A DNA stretch of 62,881 nt, filler included. It is 11 parts of 11 records of this genome, joined end to end, with 100 filler letters (N's around TTAATTAATTAA, not from the genome) between each part and the next. Parts side by side here need not be neighbours in the genome. Positions count along the whole stretch, not along the records: positions 54,006 to 58,728 come from SRR15195285_4809; positions 58,829 to 62,881 come from SRR15195285_4811; 9 more parts are not named here. One strand, 5' to 3'. Position numbers and translations under genes: made by a program. Below the pieces are notes generated by a model. That model saw nothing but the letters and a program-made list of their open reading frames with translations, made no database searches and was not told where the DNA came from. Position 1 is the stretch's first letter, and each line of letters begins with the position of its first letter. Positions 57,701-62,881 of this stretch are shown here, in pieces.

Positions 57701-58728
57701 TGCGGCGAATCTTGAAGTCTGGGTTTAAGGATTCGCTGTCTTGCCACTTGCGTCCTCGCCAAGTGCGAGTACCATTCTTCCACGCCCCCTGGAAGTCAAA
57801 ACCATCCGGTCCTCGGAAGACACCTTTTCCTTTGTACGGTGCCAGACTCCACCAATCTCCTTTGTAGATCTGCCCGTCTGGCCCCGTAATTCTGCCCGTT
57901 CCCCTCGTATCTTTCCACTCGCCCTCATATGTATTGTTGAAACCTTCTTCACTAACCCAGCGCCCACTACCTGTCACCGGTGCGCCATCACCCTCCATCC
58001 ACGCGCCTTCAAATGTCTCACCGTTCCTCAGCCCCGTAATGGTGCCGGCACCCTCGCCATCCTCCCACTCGCCATTGAGTACTTTCTTGTGTTTACTCCG
58101 CCATGAGCCCTTGCCTGTGTATGGGATGCCATTGCGCCACGTTCCATGGTACACCTCTTCGCCTTCGCCATAGATGTTCCCTTGTCCATTCGACTCACGC
58201 CACCTGCCTTCGTACACGCAGTTTCTTCGAGTGTCTTTGAAACTACCTTCGCCATTCCACGGCTGGCCATTGCGGAGGTCTCCCCGGTAAACGTGCCCAT
58301 CCTCACTCTTCCAGGCCCCAGTCCCATTCCACGGCGCGCCATCTTTGTAATCCCCTGTGTATCTGTTCTCCTCAGGATCGACGAATTCACCCTGCCCGAT
58401 CCACGGACGCCAGCTACGCCACGTGCCTTTGTAGCGCGAGCCACTTGCGCCAGTGACGCGACCTGCACCTTTGCCTTCCTCCCATTTTCCATTGTACACG
58501 TTTTCAGCGTAGTTCCATTCACCCTGCCCGGTGTAAGGTAATGCATTGTTCCAAGTCCCTGTGAAAGTGTACCCGTCCAGGTCGACCCAGACACCTTCCC
58601 CCGAGAGCGGTAGGCCACCTCGCCATTTGCCGATGTACTCACCAGATGTTGTGACAGCAGATATATCCAGCATCTCAATTGTGCCAGCACCTTCCATCGA
58701 CGCCCACTCGCCCTTGTAAATGTGATTG
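54798..58728 (-). CDS. MORN-like repeat protein (N- and C-terminal repeat blocks) with central SHOCT-like and beta-grasp-like domains, 5'-truncated
   Basis: Many 'Y-x-G-x-W-x-x-G-x-P-x-x-G-x-G-x-W' units at both ends; central 'KLDALQLALDCGALSKKDFQRAKARIM'. Confidence 0.75.
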
Positions 58729-58828
58729 NNNNNNNNNNNNNNNNNNNNNNNNNNNNNNNNNNNNNNNNNNNNTTAATTAATTAANNNNNNNNNNNNNNNN
58801 NNNNNNNNNNNNNNNNNNNNNNNNNNNN
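58729..58828. other. Artificial contig spacer
   Basis: 100 nt of N with TTAATTAATTAA. Confidence 0.98.
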
Positions 58829-59071
58829 CCAGGATTGTCCCGGTCTCGGACCTCTGTGATACTTACCCGCGGACGCACCAGCGGCTACGATTCGAACGAT
58901 AGAAAGAAGATACCTGAGACTGATACGGCGCCAGCGTGCCCAGCGACGCGGCGCGACGGAGCCCGGCCGAGCGAGCGGCGTTGGTGCCGTGCCGCGTGCT
59001 CGCAATACAGTAGCTCGGGCCTCGGCAGCTGGCGGACCGACTAACTGACGCCGACGGACGACCGACCGACC

Positions 59072-61147
59072 ATGCTGGCGATGGTCACTGTGGCGGCGAG
59101 CTGCTTGGCGCTGCTTGGCAGTGCGACGACGACTGGCAACCTGACACTGCCGAGGGTGTTGGGCAGTCACATGGTCCTGCAGCGCGCGCCGAAGAATGCC
59201 AGGGTCTGGGGCTGGGCCACGCCAGGTGACAAAGTGACAGTAACGCTGGCCGGAGCATCGGCAGTGCAGAGCACGGCGGATGCCAGCGGCGCGTGGTCTG
59301 TCTCGCTGCCGCCGCAGTGTCCGGCCGGCTGCGTCGGCAAACAGCTCACCATTGACTCCTCCGACGGCGGGAGCCAGGTCCTCACCGATGTAGTTTTCGG
59401 AGACGTTCTCTTCTGCTCGGGACAGTCGCACATGACCTTCAGCGTCAACCAAGACATGAATGCGAATGCAACAATCGCTGCGGCCAGCTCTTTTCCTGGC
59501 ATCCGCATGCTTACTGTCGACACCACCATAGCAACCACGCCACTCAAAGACATCGCTCGCGCCAAAGGAGCGACGTCGGAGTCGAGCTGGCTAACATCGA
59601 CGCCCGAGAGCTTCGGGTCAGCGCTGTTCGGCTACCCGTCCGCGATATGCTACTATACCGCGCTACACCTTCACCAGCATCTGCAGAGCAAAGTGCCGAT
59701 AGGAGTCGTCGCTGCTAGTGTCGGTGGGAGTGCGATCGAGTTTTGGCTTAGCGACGCTGCCCGTGCTGATAAGACCTGTGGTGGTCGTGCAAACATTAGT
59801 GCCGCCTGCCCGGCCGGCAGCGAGCCGCCACCACTGTCATCAACGTCCAGTGCAGGTGTAGGGGCAAGTGCGAAGATGGAGGGCTGGACTCCGTCTTGTT
59901 TTTGGAATGGAATGGTGCATCCTGTGGTCAAAATGACCATCGCCGCAATCTTGTGGGATCAGGGGGAAGCAGATAATGCACACTCGTGTCTACAGTGGGG
60001 CTGCAATCTCGCATCGCTTGGGCAATCGTGGCGTGGCCCTGACGGTTTCAACGACGACACTATTGTGTTCAGCTACGACCAAATGCGTCCTGGGATCGAT
60101 GCTGCTGGTGGTGCCGGCCTGCCACAGTATGCTGAGCCAGGTGGCATCCCCAACAGCATCTTCACGACGCGTCTCGACTTGCAGACTTGTCTACCGAACG
60201 GGACGTCTGCGGGGCATGCTGTGCGTAAGCTGGAGGTTGGGCGCAGACTGGCATTGGCACTGCGGGTGGCGTTGCTCAAGGAGAAATCTACGCCACTCAG
60301 CTTCGGGCCAACGATTACTGGTGCCACAGTGACTGCTCTTCCAGGCGGCAAGCTGCTGAATATCTCGGTCAGCTTGAAGAATGCAGAAGGGCTGCACCAT
60401 GTGGATGCACCCGAGTGCGACGGCTGTTGTCACGGCCGAACCGGCACACTAATCCAAGGCTCCCCTCAAACTGGCGATGGTTGGTCGTTCACCTTCTCGG
60501 ACGGCAGTGTTGGTACCGTGTGCAAAGAGGGCATGCCAGAGTGCGACGGCAGGGCGAACATTCGACCGGACTTTTCCCTTGACATGCTCGTCCCTAAGAC
60601 GTCTGCTGCTACAGATATCACAGACTCACTGACTGTCACAGCTATCACCTACGGTGGCGTTGGGCCGTGGCTCAATGACCAAGCTGATGCAGCGTTGACA
60701 AGCACAGAACCAAATGCAGAAGCAGGAGCAGCAGTTGCAGCCGCAACCGCTCCCTGCAAGATCGAAGACTTCCACTCGCACCGTTGCCATATCAATATGA
60801 CAAACCTAACCTCAACAGCCATCTCTTCTGCGGCGGAGTGCTCAGCGGCCTGCTGCGCCGCGACAACCTTCACCTGCACGACTGCGGCGTGGCACACGAC
60901 TGGCGGCGTCTGCCTCGGTGGTGACGTGGACAAGCAGCCCAATTGCCTCAGAGATACCACGTGGACAACCTCGCTCGTCAACTATGTGCCAAAGCCACCA
61001 GCGCCAGCGCCAGCGCATCAGCTTAAGTGCGTGTACCCACACGGCCCTCGGTTTGGCATCGAGGCCTGTGGACTGGCGAATGGTGTTGGTGGATATGACG
61101 ATCATCAAGGAATTGGCATGGCCGCGCAGATTTGGAAGGCAAAATGA
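59072..61147 (+). CDS. Secreted sialate O-acetylesterase-like (SASA/SGNH) protein with Cys-rich PAN/apple-like insert
   Basis: Signal peptide; 'LPRVLGSHMVLQR..VWGWA', 'FGDVLFCSGQSHM', 'VPIGVVAASVGGSAIEFW', 'WDQGEAD' and 'HAVRKLEVGRRLA'. Intronless. Confidence 0.85.
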   Translation: MLAMVTVAASCLALLGSATTTGNLTLPRVLGSHMVLQRAPKNARVWGWATPGDKVTVTLAGASAVQSTADASGAWSVSLPPQCPAGCVGKQLTIDSSDGGSQVLTDVVFGDVLFCSGQSHMTFSVNQDMNANATIAAASSFPGIRMLTVDTTIATTPLKDIARAKGATSESSWLTSTPESFGSALFGYPSAICYYTALHLHQHLQSKVPIGVVAASVGGSAIEFWLSDAARADKTCGGRANISAACPAGSEPPPLSSTSSAGVGASAKMEGWTPSCFWNGMVHPVVKMTIAAILWDQGEADNAHSCLQWGCNLASLGQSWRGPDGFNDDTIVFSYDQMRPGIDAAGGAGLPQYAEPGGIPNSIFTTRLDLQTCLPNGTSAGHAVRKLEVGRRLALALRVALLKEKSTPLSFGPTITGATVTALPGGKLLNISVSLKNAEGLHHVDAPECDGCCHGRTGTLIQGSPQTGDGWSFTFSDGSVGTVCKEGMPECDGRANIRPDFSLDMLVPKTSAATDITDSLTVTAITYGGVGPWLNDQADAALTSTEPNAEAGAAVAAATAPCKIEDFHSHRCHINMTNLTSTAISSAAECSAACCAATTFTCTTAAWHTTGGVCLGGDVDKQPNCLRDTTWTTSLVNYVPKPPAPAPAHQLKCVYPHGPRFGIEACGLANGVGGYDDHQGIGMAAQIWKAK

Positions 61148-61272
61148 GCAAACTAGACCGTACTACAACGAAATCAGCAAATTTGCTCACAGTGGGACTG
61201 GTGGCCACGTGGGCGGGTCGCGGCTCTTTAGACCCAGGCAGACCCTCATGCTTGTCAAATGTACTAGTTGGA

Positions 61273-62604
61273 CTAACCGCACGTGTCGGCGCCGCAGCTA
61301 CCATCGTTCCCGGGGCACTCCTCGATCCACCTTTTCGCCTGAGATGAATGAGACGAGCTGTCTTCCTTCTGGAAGTACCATGACTTGAACGCTTCGCCCA
61401 TAGCAGTCCCGTCTACGGTTGTGCTATTCCATGCGGTGGCTGTCCCAGTTTGACAGTGCGCGCGACAGTTTGCGATGAACACGCCATGCTGGGGTGGCAG
61501 TGCGTGGGCTGCCGCCGACATATTCTTGCCGTATTCTACCCAATACTCCATGGCTGCCGGTGGGCAAGATTTGAGCGGGGTGCTACAGCCGATTATCGCA
61601 GGCCCTTGCCAGCTGTCGTACTTGCTGTTCAGGACGAAGAGTGGCGTCTTGACGTGCTTCGCAACCTCCTGACCAAAAAAACACTTCCATCGGTCGGCTG
61701 CCGGAAACGACTTGGCGCAGGCTTCATTGGCTGAACCACTTGAGTTCCAAGCCTGAACCAGCACAACAAAAACGTCAATCACATTGCACCTCAAGTTGCA
61801 CCAATTGACAAGGATCGGCATCGTGCCACGCAGACAGTCACTGTGTAGTAGACGTACAGTGTAACCCCACTGCATGTTCGCCGGGAATCCCACTGCGCCA
61901 TCATAATGCGGCACGTTTGCAGAGAACATCGCGTCGCAGATGGCGCGAGTCTTCACCCCCGCAGGCATTCGAGACGCTACGTAGTCAGTGTGCAAGTAAC
62001 ATGTCAGGCCACCAGCAGAACACCCGCCAAACATCAGTTCGGAGGCGGTTTTCAGCCCCTGGTCGAGCATGTAGTCCAGCAACGCGTCAAGCAGTCGCCG
62101 GCCACGATACCAGATCTGCTTGCCACCCACCTCTACTGGGGACTCGGCGTTCCCGGTCCACGATGAACCGTCGCAGTACATAGCGTACACAGCTGTGTAG
62201 TCTTGGAAGGCTGGATCGGCGAAGATTTGACTGCCCTCGTACTTGTCGGTGTAGGTGGGACCCCACACGGATGAGGATCCTAGTGCGCAGCAGGTCCCAC
62301 CCATGATGCAGCCAGCGGTGTTGTGCGAACAGTTCGCTCGCTGCGCGCAGTTGGCATCGGAGCCACACCATCCACCACCTTGGTGGAATATAATCCACTT
62401 GTTCGGGTCGCCCCTCCTGATGTAGCCACCGCCAGGGCTCCCGTCGAGGCAGACTGCCCCATCTTTGGCAGCATCCGTGAGCAAGAACTTCTCGAAACCA
62501 GCGAGCGGCAGGCCGTCATTCATAACGAGCGCTTGGTGCTCTGCCGCCACTGCCAGGGTCAACAGCGCGGCAGTCGCTGTCGCGACGGCGACGGCTGCAG
62601 GCAT
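61273..62604 (-). CDS. Secreted pectin acetylesterase/Notum family (CE13) esterase, 2 exons
   Basis: 'GAVCLDGSPGGGY', 'QGGGWC', 'YCDGSSWTG', nucleophile 'GCSAGG', 'NSKYDSWQ' and 'CRAHCQ'. In-frame 105-nt intron 61753-61857 (GTACGT..CAG). Confidence 0.92.
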   Translation of the reverse strand: MPAAVAVATATAALLTLAVAAEHQALVMNDGLPLAGFEKFLLTDAAKDGAVCLDGSPGGGYIRRGDPNKWIIFHQGGGWCGSDANCAQRANCSHNTAGCIMGGTCCALGSSSVWGPTYTDKYEGSQIFADPAFQDYTAVYAMYCDGSSWTGNAESPVEVGGKQIWYRGRRLLDALLDYMLDQGLKTASELMFGGCSAGGLTCYLHTDYVASRMPAGVKTRAICDAMFSANVPHYDGAVGFPANMQWGYTVRLLHSDCLRGTMPILVNWCNLRCNVIDVFVVLVQAWNSSGSANEACAKSFPAADRWKCFFGQEVAKHVKTPLFVLNSKYDSWQGPAIIGCSTPLKSCPPAAMEYWVEYGKNMSAAAHALPPQHGVFIANCRAHCQTGTATAWNSTTVDGTAMGEAFKSWYFQKEDSSSHSSQAKRWIEECPGNDGSCGADTCG

Positions 62605-62881
62605 GGTGATGCCCAGCGCCGAAGATCGCTCTCGCTGTGAATCACGTACCACCAGTAGCCGCTCGCACTGCCGCCCACTGATGCCTGACGGTCAGTACGT
62701 ACTGTACAGTACCTCAGCACAGGCGGCGCCTCTCCTCAAGTCACGCCGGTGCACAGCTAGCTGCACACCGGCTCAACGGGTCAACGCTCATCGAAGAGGG
62801 TGGGTTGGATTCGTTGGGAGTTCGGAAAACTCACTGAGAACTACAGTGCACCACCCCCTCTGACCACCTCGAGTCGCTGCT

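Overview
This window is eukaryotic genomic DNA, not prokaryotic. It consists of 11 unrelated contigs joined by ten artificial 100-nt N spacers, each carrying TTAATTAATTAA (stops in all six frames), as in a concatenated draft or metagenome-assembled genome. The source looks like a compact, GC-rich protist with short GT-AG spliceosomal introns and CTRAC/CTRAT branch points; a ZMYND10-like gene suggests it is flagellated. About 20 protein-coding genes can be read, many cut at contig ends: a TPT/DMT transporter, a type II membrane Sushi/CUB/EGF/PA receptor-like protein, an S28 prolyl carboxypeptidase, a coiled-coil/FN3 protein, a class IV aminotransferase, an EF-hand/PH protein, a DysF protein, ACBP-ankyrin, a CHD remodeller, a >4,200-aa PqiA/LetA-type membrane protein, PRP40, a ZMYND10-Sel1 fusion, an SH3b/PH-repeat protein, Lon, an RGG/Q-rich protein, SDHD, a MORN-like protein, a sialate O-acetylesterase and a pectin acetylesterase/Notum. 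The most interesting candidates are (1) the giant PqiA/LetA-like protein with about 9 tandem TULIP-like ectodomains, a possible one-polypeptide lipid bridge, (2) a receptor with a bipartite NLS beside its membrane anchor, possibly a membrane-tethered transcription factor, (3) ZMYND10 with its MYND finger replaced by Sel1 repeats, and (4) the near-universal tail-to-tail gene-pair layout of the contigs. All domain calls are by-eye motif recognition, no database searches were run, and sub-gene domain coordinates are approximate. No rRNA, tRNA, CRISPR or recognisable transposase was seen.
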